Positions 44,068-56,722 are shown, counted from the first letter of the stretch. The stretch is 64,000 nucleotides of DNA from Rhynchopus sp. YZ270_cl-10 (GCA_964035575.1 OZ037835.1:496001-560000), one strand, 5' to 3'. The notes: generated from the letters alone by a model not told the origin. Numbers and translations are program-made.

Positions 44068-45051
44068 CTACCTTTCGAGCGGTACGTCAACCACAAGGTC
44101 CTTCAGCTTGCATTCGCGTACTCGACTGGACACAGCACTGCTGCAGCCGGCAAGGTGGATGCTCCTCAACGACGTGAGGCGGTTAGCAGGAAGCGCGTCT
44201 AAGTGCGTAACTCTGCTGAGTGGCGACAGGTCTAGTTCTGTGAGGCTGCTGCAGAAGGCAAGAAAGCTCTTTTCTATTCTGGTCACGTTGTTGAGTGGCG
44301 ATAAGTCGAGTTCTGTGAGGCTGCTGCAGGCGAGGAGGAATTCTGAACCTATTTGTGTAACGCCAGGGGTCAAGTTCAGTGCTGTGAGGCTGCTGCAGTG
44401 GCCAAGAAAGCCCCCGCCAATGTGTGTAACATTGCGGAGTGGTGATAAGTCTAACTCTGTGAGGCTTGTGCAGAAGACAAGAAAGTTACCCGCAATGCTG
44501 GTCACATTGGTGAGTGGTGATAAGTCCACTGCTGTGAGGGCATTGCAGTAGTACAGAAAGCCGTTACCAATGTGCGTGACACTGGTCAACCCAGACAGGT
44601 CGACGCTTGTCAACGCTGGGCAGTGCTGAAGAAAAAAACTCTCAATTTCCGTCACGCAGGACACAGCACTCAGATCAAGTGTTGTTAATGATGTCCCTCC
44701 TAATAACTGTTTCGGAATGACAGTCGCAACCTCCGCCTGCAGAAGTAAACACGCAACCTCAGGGTCCCTGACATTGCTCAGACGCTCTGCTGTGATGTCC
44801 GTCTCACCCAACGCATGAAGTGCTGCTATGGCTTGGTACTTCACCTTCATTTCCGTCAGGATGATTTTGTCTCCAGCACTCAGCTGCGTGATGTCGTCTC
44901 CTTCCTCCTTCCCTCCGAAGCCCATGTGGAAGCTGTCCTCAGCCAACCCCACTGCAGACGCCACCTTCTGCCGCATCGTCTCCGTTGTGTCATCCACACC
45001 CACGTCCATCACATATGAGTTGTCCGCGAAGTCCTTGATAACTACTTCCAT
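44068..45051 (-). CDS. UBL-LRR protein, copy 3 (6 repeats + cap)
   Basis: Same UBL N-terminus with more diverged repeats. ATG at 45051. Confidence 0.9.
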   Translation of the reverse strand: MEVVIKDFADNSYVMDVGVDDTTETMRQKVASAVGLAEDSFHMGFGGKEEGDDITQLSAGDKIILTEMKVKYQAIAALHALGETDITAERLSNVRDPEVACLLLQAEVATVIPKQLLGGTSLTTLDLSAVSCVTEIESFFLQHCPALTSVDLSGLTSVTHIGNGFLYYCNALTAVDLSPLTNVTSIAGNFLVFCTSLTELDLSPLRNVTHIGGGFLGHCSSLTALNLTPGVTQIGSEFLLACSSLTELDLSPLNNVTRIEKSFLAFCSSLTELDLSPLSRVTHLDALPANRLTSLRSIHLAGCSSAVSSRVRECKLKDLVVDVPLER

Positions 45052-46331
45052 TTTGTCTTCTATTCTTTGTGTTGCTCTGTTGTGTGGTGGGGTTGTGGGA
45101 GTTGGGGCAACAACGTACGGGCCACTCCTGTAGCTCAACTGAGTCACTCAGAAGAACACTCCCCTGTAGTATAAGCTAACACACACTCTCCATCGTTTTT
45201 CTTCTTCTTCTTCCATCTGAACACACGACGTTGAAGTAAATTACTTTACTTGTGGTTTTACATGTCATTTTTTTTTACTTGTGTTTAAGCTGTACGTTAA
45301 AGTTTTTACGTGTACCACAACTATTTTTACAAGTAAAATTACTTGAAGGGGCCATTCATGGGGAAGACCCTGAGGCATGCCACCCGAGCACTGCGTTCTC
45401 TGAAGTGTTTGTCGTCGAGAGGAAGCCTGGTACCCTAAGAAAGCGAGCATTTGGCACAGATGAACACCCTTCTTCTCTTTCCCTTACTCCCTTGGCCTGC
45501 AGGCACTGCACTCTAGATACCCTAAACGAACGCATCACAAATCGGTAGGATATAGGCAGCTTGCGAGATGTCGCTGACTGACACCCGATAGGTAATAATG
45601 TTCTATCCATCAGATGATAATGTGAGTAACCATCTGACAGAATTCACCCTTTTTTGTTGGTTTCGAACATTGAATGGAGGGACAGTACAAACAGTGTAGT
45701 CTAGCTTGCCCAAACTGCTAGTGCATCGGCACTACCTATTTAATTTTGAAAATTTTCTTGCTCTCTGTGGATTTTGAGGATAGACACAATGGAGACATGA
45801 GGGTGAAGGAGGAGGGAAGGGAAGGGAAGGTGGTAAAAAAGGCGGGGGGGAGGAAAATGTAACAAAATATCGATCAAAACGTCTCCAGACCCGTGAAGGT
45901 TGGTTCTCTTGGTTTTAATTTTGGATTCCATGAAATATGCTAAAAAGGAAATTTGAACACCGTACCCCAACTCTCTTCCTTTTTTCTATTCTGGGCCGAT
46001 ATGTGTGCGTTTCACCACAACCTCTCCCTTTTGTTTATTGTTTGCGGGGGTGGGGAAACAACAAAAAAAAAGGAAAAGTAGGAGCGCGGTTTCAATTTCC
46101 AAGAAAAGCATTTTCTGTATAATTGTGGAGAAAAATGAACGCATGAGAAAATGCTGCAAATGTGTATTCTTGTCCCAAAATGCGTGGAAAAGGGAATTTT
46201 TTTTCAAAAAAAATTCACAAAACAACAAAATCTTAATGTACACGCTCAGTTGATTCTAAAAAGGGAGTGGGGGTAGAAAATCGCGAAATGGAAAAAAATG
46301 GGGGAGAAGATATGCCACAAAATGCCATATC

Positions 46332-46501
46332 AGGCGTTCAGCCATAATCCATCCAGTGGTAGCATCACTGCACTGTCCGATCGGACAACCGTAGATACCA
46401 GGGACTAGAAATGGGAGTTCCTCTCGTACTACCCCATATTGCTGTCGACATACGCTGGCCCGAGGGGCTCTCTCTCCATCAGTAGGGTAAAACCAACCTG
46501 T
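46332..46501 (-). rRNA. 28S: Isolated LSU (28S) rRNA fragment (pseudogene) containing the sarcin-ricin loop
   Basis: Minus strand reads ACAGGTTGGTTTTACCCTACTGATG...TATGGGGTAGTACGAGAGGAACTCCCAT...TTATGGCTGAACGCCT, conserved LSU domain VI landmarks in the correct order. Confidence 0.9.
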
Positions 46502-46539
46502 AGATACCAGGGACTACAAAAGAACAAAAATAGATGAAA

Positions 46540-47240
46540 AATATGTCACCATGCAAATCAAAAAAAGAGTTTATAAGAGCCCCTCACTTTGCTTGGTCCT
46601 CTATAAACTACACACACACACACGTTAGAGGGTCGGCAGTGAACCGCCTCTCTCTTTCTTACACATACACAGTTTCGCAGCTATCTGCAGATAGGGCGTT
46701 GACACCCATTTTGGAGTGCTGAGCAATCAAAAAAAAGAAGCTGACCATCGGTAGTTGCTACTGTGGGACCAGGTGTTGTGAGGGGGGGGTTTAAATACAC
46801 AGAACATCTCTTGCCAGAGGCACCTGATTTTTGTCTGAAATAAATTGGTAGAGTTTTGGTGGTATTCAAACACCACAAAATTGCCAGTCAAAAATCAGGT
46901 GGGGCAGACACTAAAAAGGGTTCTCGTGTTTGAAATCCAGAAATGCACAGACTACAGTCACGCAAGGACGCAAAGGGATGGAAGAGGGTGCATCTACTAA
47001 GGACTGCATCGCAAACAAGTGAAGCATGTCGTTCCAATGTTCCAAAATGTCCTATGTGCTGCTTGTGTGCATTTCAACAATGGTCCATACCACAGCAACG
47101 AACAGCAACAAGGTTTGATGAAAAACAAACAAAAAGCAAACAAAGAACACAAATAACGAAGAACAGTTGGGTAAGATGAGGCAGGCCCTTCCTACGTGAA
47201 GTACATTAAGGGCAAACTAACTTGTTTTCTGCATGCGTGT
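46540..47240. repeat. Dispersed segmental repeat (further copies, with insertions, at about 49880-51120 and 55440-57400)
   Basis: Blocks such as GTTAGAGGGTCGGCAGTGAACC and GACTACAGTCACGCAAGGACGCAAAGGG recur three times, each time 3' of a gene. Confidence 0.85.
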
Positions 47241-47586
47241 CCCAGGGGTTATAGAAATTTAGAAAACCCCCAGGCAGGCGGGACACGCACTCAGAAAAAA
47301 AGTTACTCTGCCCTAAACCATACACAGAGAATGACGCTATCTATTCATGGAAACAGAAAACAGCCACAAAATAGGTCTACAAAAATAGAACCTATAAACG
47401 GCCAAACACTTTCATTGATAGACGTTTAACTACATCACCTAAACACTGCAGTTCTCACACATCTGCAGCAGGGAGCATGGAACATCGGCAAGAGGCTCTA
47501 AGTAACGGGGAGCGAGCATGAGGCAGGGAACCTCTTCACTGGGGGGGTAGCTGTGCATGGGGTCTTCCTTGTCGTTCCTGATTGCT

Positions 47587-49689
47587 TCACTGTGCCTTAG
47601 GGAAGGGCCCGTGGTTGGGCTGCACAATCGTCCACTCGTCGAAGAGGCTTTGGTTCGAGTTGAGGAACTGTCTGAAGGTGAGGTGCGTGCGGTTTGTGGC
47701 AGAGATACGTCCGTAGCCGAACTCGGTTGTCTGCTTGCGTGTGGCGGGGATCGAGCCGCAGTCGGGGCCAGGGCAGCTTTCGTTGAACGTGTCGATGCCG
47801 GGGGGGCCACCATTGCCTGAAGTGATGTGCACAGTCACGTTCGGGCTATCGAAGTTCTTCTGAAGAGGCTCGGCGCACGACCTGCAGCTTGCGTTGCCAG
47901 GTGCCGCAGGGAAGAGAGACTCGTAGTAGTGCCAGTGCCCACCGGCGTACAGGTCGACGCCGTACTCCTGCAGAACAGGCTGGTAGTCGACCACCATGTC
48001 TGCCGTGCTCTTCTTGTACCCCTTCTCGTGCAGGCGCTTCAGGCCCTCGGGTGACTTGCCCCATGCAGTCGCTGCTGTCTTGTTTGCGTTCCCGTACAGC
48101 TCGGCCGCAGCAGACTCGTAGTAATCAGACTTACTGTTGCACCCAGTGCAGTACAAAGGGAAGTGCGAGAAGGCAACAACCCACGGCACAGCGTCACGGT
48201 TCTTGTTCGCCTTCGCCAGGTCGTCCTTGAGCCACGCCATCTGCGCATCAAGGCAGGTCTGCCCACATGCGTCCACACCGAAGTATGCGTTCATATCCAG
48301 TGCCACAAGGTGCACAAGGCCAAAGTCCACACTGAAGTATCTGCTGGTGTTCGACGGATGGCTTCCGTGCACACCTGCGCTGTGATGGTTCCCGGCAGAC
48401 AGCAGATAGCCCAGAGCAGACGTGGCTGTCGACGCACCCTTCAGCTCCTCTGCTGCTGGGAGGGAGGGCAGGGGACCCCACTTCTCCCACGTCTGGTCAA
48501 GGTAGCGGGACAGCTCCAGGCCGTCGTAGTACTCGTGGTTGCCCACGTTCGGCATCCACGGGCACTCGGCAAGCACAGGCTGGAAGCCGTTCATGTAGCC
48601 GTCACCACGACGCTCGTCTTCCTGTCCCTCGTTGTACGCATGGTCACCCATGTGCACAATGAGGGTCGCACTGTCGTCGCGGCAGTCCTGCTGCAGCCAC
48701 TCCATGTTGTTCCACTTGTAGATCCCCATGTCCCCGTAGATGTTCACGTGTGTTGCCTCCCCCGCAGCAGGGTGCGGTGCAGTGAAGGTGTGCACAGCGC
48801 TGTCTGTCGCACCTGCCGCACCACTGCGCACAGTGTACGAACACTTCTCTCGCAGCGTCAGGCCCGTCACCAGCACAAAGTGCATGTAGTACGTCCGGTC
48901 CTTCGCCGGGGTGATGTGGGTGTGCGTCACGCCTGTAAATGTCTTCCCGTTCAACTTCGCTGTGGGCGGGCCCGCAGGTGCCTCAGCCTCAAACGTCACA
49001 AACGCAAGCACAACAGACCCGTTCGCTGCAACCTGGATGTTGATCTGCTCCGGAACACCGAGGGCAGATGTGCAGTACCCCCACGTCTCCCCTGCGTGTG
49101 TGGGTGCGGGCGGCACAGGCTGTGCACCGTTGTGGTAAATCGTGTACGCAGTCTGTGCTGTGTCCATCTTGCACCACTCCGCAAAGTAGCACATCCCCTG
49201 TGCCGTGTTGAAGCTCACAAAGTCGCAGTTCGTCAGGTTGTACGCACACAGGTCCTGGCACTGCGACAGCGTCACCACCTGTTTGTAGTACAGCACGTTG
49301 TTCACAGCACCACTCGTCCCATACGCAAAGCCCTGCGGTGCTGTCTCCCCAAACTGCTTCTGCTCCACCTCACAGAGGCCATTGCCCAGCATGTCCCAGC
49401 TGGGCGGCACCACGTCCGAGGTGTTCTGCACCACCACTGCGCTGGGCTTGCAGTAGCACCACGCCCCTTGCACGTAGGTGTTCACAACCGCACCCGGCTG
49501 TGCACAGTGGTTCCCAGCCTCGGCAGGCACGACACCTGCCTTCCAGAGTGTGGTTGCGTGCTGAGCCCAGTTGTCGCAGCCGTGTGCACACGTTGCTGGT
49601 GCCACCTTCAAGTCTTCAATCACGTCAATCATGTTCCCTGCAGCTGTGCAGCACATCGCCAGCACCACTGCGTTAGCAAGGGTGCGCAT
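47587..49689 (-). CDS. Secreted purple acid phosphatase (ACP7-like) with Cys-rich N-terminal modules
   Basis: ATG at 49689 (MRTLANAVVLAM, signal peptide), PEQINI, and motifs GDMG, GDHAY, GNHE, FSH, GHWH. Also a PAN/apple-like CQDLC-x5-C-x2-VSF-x6-CY. Confidence 0.93.
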   Translation of the reverse strand: MRTLANAVVLAMCCTAAGNMIDVIEDLKVAPATCAHGCDNWAQHATTLWKAGVVPAEAGNHCAQPGAVVNTYVQGAWCYCKPSAVVVQNTSDVVPPSWDMLGNGLCEVEQKQFGETAPQGFAYGTSGAVNNVLYYKQVVTLSQCQDLCAYNLTNCDFVSFNTAQGMCYFAEWCKMDTAQTAYTIYHNGAQPVPPAPTHAGETWGYCTSALGVPEQINIQVAANGSVVLAFVTFEAEAPAGPPTAKLNGKTFTGVTHTHITPAKDRTYYMHFVLVTGLTLREKCSYTVRSGAAGATDSAVHTFTAPHPAAGEATHVNIYGDMGIYKWNNMEWLQQDCRDDSATLIVHMGDHAYNEGQEDERRGDGYMNGFQPVLAECPWMPNVGNHEYYDGLELSRYLDQTWEKWGPLPSLPAAEELKGASTATSALGYLLSAGNHHSAGVHGSHPSNTSRYFSVDFGLVHLVALDMNAYFGVDACGQTCLDAQMAWLKDDLAKANKNRDAVPWVVAFSHFPLYCTGCNSKSDYYESAAAELYGNANKTAATAWGKSPEGLKRLHEKGYKKSTADMVVDYQPVLQEYGVDLYAGGHWHYYESLFPAAPGNASCRSCAEPLQKNFDSPNVTVHITSGNGGPPGIDTFNESCPGPDCGSIPATRKQTTEFGYGRISATNRTHLTFRQFLNSNQSLFDEWTIVQPNHGPFPKAQ

Positions 49690-51403
49690 CTTGCAGAAGC
49701 TTGTCTTGTTGTCCTGTGGTTCGTGGTTGAGGTGTGGTGTGGTGTGGTGGGTGTGAAGAGAACAATACAATGGAGCCTAGAGCAGGCAGGCCCGTGCTTC
49801 GTGGCTAGCATATAATCTGTGGAATAGAAAAAGACAAGGAGTAGGGGTACGGTGTTCCATTTCCTTTTAGAATCGCATGTAATCATATAAGAAAAGTAGA
49901 TAGAAATATGTCACTATAAAAATCAAAAGAGCTTTTTAGAAGAACTTCACGCTCTGAGCTTGGTCCTCTATAAAATACACACACACACGTTAGAGGGTCG
50001 GCAGTGAACCGCCTCTCTCTTTCTTACACAGTTTCACAGTTGTGTGCTTAAAATTTGACACCCATTTTGGAGTGCTGATCAAGCAAAAAAAAAGAAGCTG
50101 GCCATCGGTAGTTGCTACTGTGGGGGACCAGGTGTTGTGAGGGGGGGGGGGGGGTTTAAATACACAGAACATCTCTTGCCAGAGGCACCTGATTTTTGTC
50201 TGAAATCTTAACGTACACTCTCTGTTGATTCTAAAACGGGGGAGGGTAAAGAAGGCGTGAAAGGTAAATTGGGGAAGAGGTTGAAAAGTTGGAACGCTTC
50301 CTCACCCCAGATCACACTACAATACAAAGGTTTGGGTTTGAATAGGTGGGTTCTTCTGACGATTTTTATTTTGAAAAATAAATAAAACTCCTCTCGAAAT
50401 TGTTCAAGATTGAACTGAGAGAAAGAAGAAACCCCAAACCCTCCCAGACCAAACGGTCTAACCTGTTGTATTGACATAGTGTGGGGAGAATGAGGAGCAC
50501 AAGAATCGTCTTCGCGCATACTAAAAGATTTCCTACGATATGTCACAAGTGTCATGTCACCGAAAAAAAATTTGGTAGAGTTTTGGTGGTGTTCAAACAC
50601 TGCCTAATTAATTGCCAGTCAAAAATCAGGTGGGGCAGACACTAAAAAGGGTTCTCGTGTTTGAACCCCAGAAATGCACGGACTACAGTCACGCAAGGAC
50701 GCAAAGGGATGGAAGAGGGTGCATCTACTAAGGACTGCATCGCAAACAAGTGAAGCGCGTCGTTCCAATGTTCCAAAACGTCCTATGTGCTGCTTGTGTG
50801 CATTTCAACAATGGTCCATACCACAGCAACGAACGGCAACACGGTTTGATAAAAAACAAACAAAAATCAAACAAAGAACACAAATAACGAAGAACAGTTG
50901 GGTAAGACGAGGCCCAGCACTTCCTACGTGAAATGCAGTAAGGGCAAACTAACTTCCCAGGGGTTGCAGAAAAAAATGGAGGGAGGGGTGTTTTTAGTTG
51001 TTCGCGCAGCGTCCCTCAGGGTTCTTAGGGCCCTGGAGACAATGAAAATCACTTTGGTAGAAAAAGTTCGAGGATGTGAGCTTCATTTTTGAAAACTGAT
51101 AGGTCAACAAAAATGAGTCAATAGAAAAAGTGGTGAAACGCACACACCTCGACCTGTCGGTGAAATGTGGCTCTACTCCAACCCGCCCCGGATTAGAAAA
51201 ATGGAAGAAGGATGGGAGTAGGGAGCGGTGTTCAATTTCCTTTTAGCATTGCATGTAATCATAAAAGTGAAATTCCTGAAGTACAGATGGTGATGTGTGA
51301 GAAGGGAGGAGCACAAATGAGGGTGAAAATTAGAATCAACAGGGACGTAAAGGTTGTCGAATTTGTCATGCTACTAACTAGCATTGCCGGCTGACGCACC
51401 CGG

Positions 51404-53996
51404 CTAGTGCATGTCCACAACCTCTGGTACGTAGGCCTTCTCCTGCACGTACGTGATGAGCTCTTCGTACTGCCCATGTTGGTCAGCAGCCACACCCTCA
51501 AGCAGAGCAGAAGCCTGCCCAAAGTCCTGTTTGATGATGTGCTCAAAAGCTTCGGTCCACAGCGCGTTAGGGTTGTTTGCTGCCGACTCCAGCTGGTACA
51601 TCCACTCCTCGTTCGCTACACTGCACAAGCCCTTCACAGCGTACACAACCAGTGCAATCTCACTCAGCTTTGCGAACAGCACCGCACCTGCACAACGCAG
51701 CACCACCTGTCCCTCCAGCTCACGCGACAGAATACGGTCAACCACACCAGGCAGGTTGTGCTTCTTGTTCCAGCGCTCAAGCACAACCACCCACGACATG
51801 CACTGTGCCAGAATCGACACCTTCTTCATCCCGTTGCAGCCCATGTTCCCGACACGTGCCTCGCCTGTCGTGCACCCGTACGAGATCTTGTGCACATCAC
51901 CAAGTGATGTTGCCACTTCGTGTGCAGCCTTCACACAAGCAACACGATGTGACGCGCTCGGAACAAAAGCGTTGAAGGTGGCAAGCATCTTGTCCCCTGC
52001 GAACGTGTCGCACACACCTTTGTTGTGCTGCACTGCCACCAGGATCCTCTCCATCACACCACCGTGTGCAGCGAGAACTTCTGCATCTTTGCGGTTCTTG
52101 CAGAAGTCATGCCACGACACGACGTTCATGTGTGCCAACGACACCTTCTTCTTCAGACCCTCCACACGCAGCAGTGCCTTCTGTGTCTGCATCACCTCTG
52201 CGGAACTATGCGTGTGCGAGCGCTGCGACCAGGCAGACTGAGACTTGGTATCCCGTGTGGCCGACTCTGTGCCAGAGACTTCTTCGCTATGTTCACTGTC
52301 GTTGACGAGCACACTCTGCGGCATGTAGTTCCGGTACTCCACCAGGTTCGCCACCATGGTAACAAAGCTGCGCTGCATCATCCCCACTTCACTCAGCTGC
52401 GACACTGCACGGCCCGTGTCCACAGCCTCCAGGTCCATCACAGCCACACTTGCCATCTCACTCCCAAGCTTCAGCAGAGGGGACGTGATGTAGCGTGTGA
52501 ACACAACAGCAATGGCCAGGAGTACCGTGATCGCAATGACTGTCACAACCACCATCACAATCACCGCATCCTCCTTCTGTGCGTCTGCAGAGGACAGATC
52601 TGATGCCACCTTCGCACGGATTGCATTCGTCGACGCATCAATCGTCTCCATCACAGACTCTCTCGGCACAAGAAGGGTTGAATACCAGAAGATCGTTTTG
52701 TGTTCAATTGTCGACGTGATTGTCCAGAACTCCGTGCCGTTCGAGTCAGACCACTTCACGAAGGAGTCCTCTGTCATCTCCACAAGGTCTCTGTAGTTCT
52801 GTGGGTGTGTGAACACAAACCGCCCGTGCTCTGCAATCACTGAGGGGATGTGCGACGTCGCGTCTTCCATCGAGTGGTTCGTTATGTTGAAGCTAATCGA
52901 CATGTCAATGATGCCCAGTGGGGTTAGCGTGGGCATCGTCCAAATATTCCGTCCTCTGTTGTACGCGACAACTGTCCCCACTGAGCCCGATGCACGGTCC
53001 TCCTCCACCAGGTACAGCGAAGTGTCCGTCGGGAGCAGCTGTGCACGCACTGCGTCGGTCACCCCGTCCGCAGTCACCGTGGCGCTGACGCAACCCACAC
53101 GCTTGCCCTGCTTGGGGTGCATCGTGTACATATCTGGGTGGGTGTAGGTGTAGCTCAGCTCCCATAACATCATACCCCACTGAAGTTGCAGGCGTGTGTA
53201 GACAAGCGTGTCTGCAGGGTTCAGGGGTGGATCGTCGGCACCCAGGTAGTACATCTGTCTCCCACTCTGGACAACTGTCGGGTCGTCCGGAAGCGATTCA
53301 CTCCAAGATTGGTGGAATAGACACATCCCATGTACCTCACCTTGCTCGTAGTCAGGACTCACAATGCATGGCTCAGAGCTGTACTTGATGTTTCCCATCG
53401 GGTCGACTTCCGTGAAGAGCGCCCAGTCACCCAGTCCATGCGACATCGTTATGTGGTCACGTGTCTCGAACACCACGAAGATTGTAGTGCCATTAGGCAG
53501 AGATTGATTAGGAAAAAACGAGAACTGCGAGCCCCACCCTGCAAACCCGTCACCCCTCTTCCACAGGATGTGCCGCACACCACGGGTACGCTTCGTGAGT
53601 CATCTGGAAAACCCCAGACGCCAACCCAGCCACAAAAGCAGAGAAGACTGCAGGACGCATTACTGAACCAAAGTCGGGGCTCGTGCTGACGTTTGGGTGG
53701 TGTGCCTTCGCCAGGGTTGCCAGCGAGACCACGAGCTGCTCAGGCACCTTCAGGTACTCCTTCACCGCCGTGTCCACGTTGCCAAGGACGGAGCGCAGGT
53801 AGCGTGCCGAGACCGTTTCGATGTCCGCCGTACCACTGTCGAGACACATCCCAAAGCCCTCGTCACCTGTGTCACGTGCCTTCTCCAGAAGGTCGTCCCA
53901 TGTTGTCAATGTGAAGCCACCGATGATCGCACCTGTTGACAGAATCAGCACCACACACAGCAGCACTGTCAGCGACTGGATGCCGCATGACACCAT
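51404..53996 (-). pseudogene. Receptor-type class III nucleotide-cyclase-like protein, copy 1 (frameshift near 53546)
   Basis: ORFs 53996-53550 and 53578-51404 together align end to end with the 874-aa paralogue. The frame changes at ...YPWCAAHP / WKRGDGFAGWGS. Confidence 0.85.
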
Positions 53997-56219
53997 TAGT
54001 CATCAGAGGGGAAGAGTGTCCGTCTGGGGATGTGTGGTGTGGTTGATATCAGTTTCCCGAAGGTAATTCGTGCTAATCAAATCAAGGCCGCACTTACAAA
54101 GTTTAGCCACAAACTACGCCCCCCTGCCTACTATCAGGTATTGCCAAGCCTGTGTTTATGGCGGTGTGACGACGTTTTGTCTGAGATTCCAACTTTCGGA
54201 AAATCAGTGCGCCTGTGACCATCTCGAACAGTTTGAGGCACTGAGGAAGTGGCTAGGGTAGGTGTGTACTTTAGAATTGTTCTCATTCTATACCAACGGG
54301 GGGAGCGAGGATCCTTAAAGGATCCTTGCGACCCCCAACTCGCTGAAGAGGAGGTGGCGTCACTCACCTGGTCCATCATCATGCCAAGGGCTCTAGTCTT
54401 GGCACTCCGGAGCTGCTGCCCCTACTTTCCATCCTCAGGTAAACCGTCATAGAACTTCAGGAGGCGTCACACCAGGTGTAATTTCCCCCGGATGCTATTT
54501 AACGTCCATCCCAGGACGTGATGTGGTGTGGTGTGGGGAGGAGCTAGAGTGGGGAAAACGGAAAAAGCGAAAAATAAATTTTTTCTGCTGAATATGGTGG
54601 TATTTTGTTTTTCCCAGCCCTCCCCGGTTCCTACCCTGCCAAAGCAGGAGGTAAAAAGAAATGGCAGCCCACCTTTTTTGTTTCGAGTACTCTCAAACCC
54701 CACATAACGCACTTCCAGTGCCTTACAGTGCTGCTATATGTGGTGGATGTGGTGGGTGTGAAGAGAACAATACAATGGAGACTAGAGCAGGCAGGCCCGT
54801 GCTTCGTGGCTAGCATATATTAAACTTGAAAAACGTGATCCACCCCCGCAAAAAGAAAAACCAGCAAAAGGGAAGGATGGCACCACGGTGTGCCAGAGAG
54901 TGGCTTAATCCCGTTTGCTGACTATACCCGACAAAGACAGGGCAGCGTCATGCCAGCGTCAAAAGAAATAAACAACAATAAAACCACCAGTCATTCCAAT
55001 GGGAGGAACGAATGACTGGCATCTCCTAATTCTCTAAAATGCGGTGAGTGGAACACCCAACTGGTGCAAACCACTGCCGCAGGTTAGCACCTACAAAAAG
55101 CAAAGCAAAGCAAAGAAAAGAAAAGCAAAAGCTCTGCATGGTAGTAAAGTAGGTGCAGGGTCGCTTAAATCCCTGAGGGCACAAAAAGCCCAGCATACAC
55201 CTCCTCCTAGTTGCTTTGGACCCTCCAATATCATGTGCCCAGGTTTGCAAACAGTGCAATGCAACCCTCCCACGCGTGGCCTTCGTTCACTCAAAAAAAG
55301 AGATTATAGCCGGGGACGGCTGCCACCTCATGTTTTTGTCCCCGTGCTTCGTGGCTAGCATATAATCTGTGGAATAGAAAAAGACAAGGAGTAGGGGTAC
55401 GGTGTTCCATTTCCTTTTAGCATCGCATGTAATCAATAAAGAAAAGTAGGTAGAAATATGTCACTATAAAAATCAAAAGAGCTTTTTAGAAGAACTTCAC
55501 GCTCTGAGCTTGGTCCTCTATAACCTACACACACACACGTTAGAGGGTCGGCAGTGAACCGCCTCTCTCTTTCTTACACAGTTTCACAGCTGCGTGCTTA
55601 AATTTTGACACCCATTTTGGAGTGCTGAGCAAGGGAAAAAAAAGAAGCTGACTATTAGGTAGGATTAAAAGTTTAGATTCATATACTTTCAGTTCACAGA
55701 ATTGAAAGTATTTGAGAGGGTCAATACATGCACCAAAGTAAAAGAAAGTGATGCAAAACATCGGGTAGTCGAGTCCATTTGGAAAATGGGACAGTCCATA
55801 AACCCACCCCCCTAAAAGGTAACCTTTTGAATTTTTTGCACGTTAGATAACTTCTACTCGGACTTTTTGCTCGATTTTTGCTCCTTTGAACTCAGAATAC
55901 CGTGGGGTATTTTGGGAGAAGTGTAACAAAAGTGTAACATGGGGTTATTTTGGGAAAAATAGCCCAAAAAGCGATCGCAAATATGATTCTCCACCCCGCA
56001 GGGGGTCTGGCGAGTAGTTCCCAGGGGGTTTTGACACTTCTGTGATTGTCTGAGCACTTTTTTTTGAAATTTTAAGGTGAAAAAACACCCTAAAAAAGAC
56101 GTAAATTCGGGCATTTTAAGCCGTTCCGACCCTCATGAATACGCCTGGGACCCTCCCAGGACCACTAAAAGCTGTAAAAACCATACATTTCCACCCCGGG
56201 ACCCCAGAAGATGTGGACT

Positions 56220-56722
56220 GGGGGGAGGGTCACTGTACTGGACAAACCCGTTTTTTCCGATTTTGATCTTCAGAACCGCAGAAGTCCCCGAAAACCATTG
56301 CCCTCCCAAGGGACCAAGTACTTGTACCCTTTTTGAAACATGGTTCTAAGTTCCACCAAGTCCCTCTAAACACCCCGAAACAGCCTGGGTACCCCTCGGG
56401 ATTGGTTCTGGGGTGAAAGTATGTGGCTTTGGGGGCTTTTCTGGCCCCTGGCTCACTGCGAGGCGTGATGGATGTGTGAGGTGCTCTATCTACGGGGGGG
56501 TGGGCAGGTACAAGTTCTGTAGGCACTTTTTTTAAATTGCATTTCAGGCATCATCTGAGTGTTTCTGTGTCAAAACTGGGGCGCTGGTGCGTTTTTTTTT
56601 TTGGGTCCTCTAGGTGGTTTGGTATAGTTTTCGGGGACTTCTGCGGTTCTGAAGATCCAAATCGGAAAAATCGCATTTGTCGAGAGATTTTACGTGCAGT
56701 GACCCCCCCCCCCCCCCCCCCC
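56220..56722. mobile_element. MITE-like element with ~80-bp imperfect TIRs
   Basis: GGGTCACTGTAC...GATCTTCAGAACCGCAGAAGTCCCCGAAAAC, with its reverse complement at 56627-56710. Confidence 0.7.

Noticed and set aside
48163..49815. 550-aa plus-strand ORF and similar antisense ORFs over the cyclase, ankyrin and phosphatase genes
   Set aside because: Shadow ORFs produced by GC-rich codon usage on the opposite strand; no domain features.
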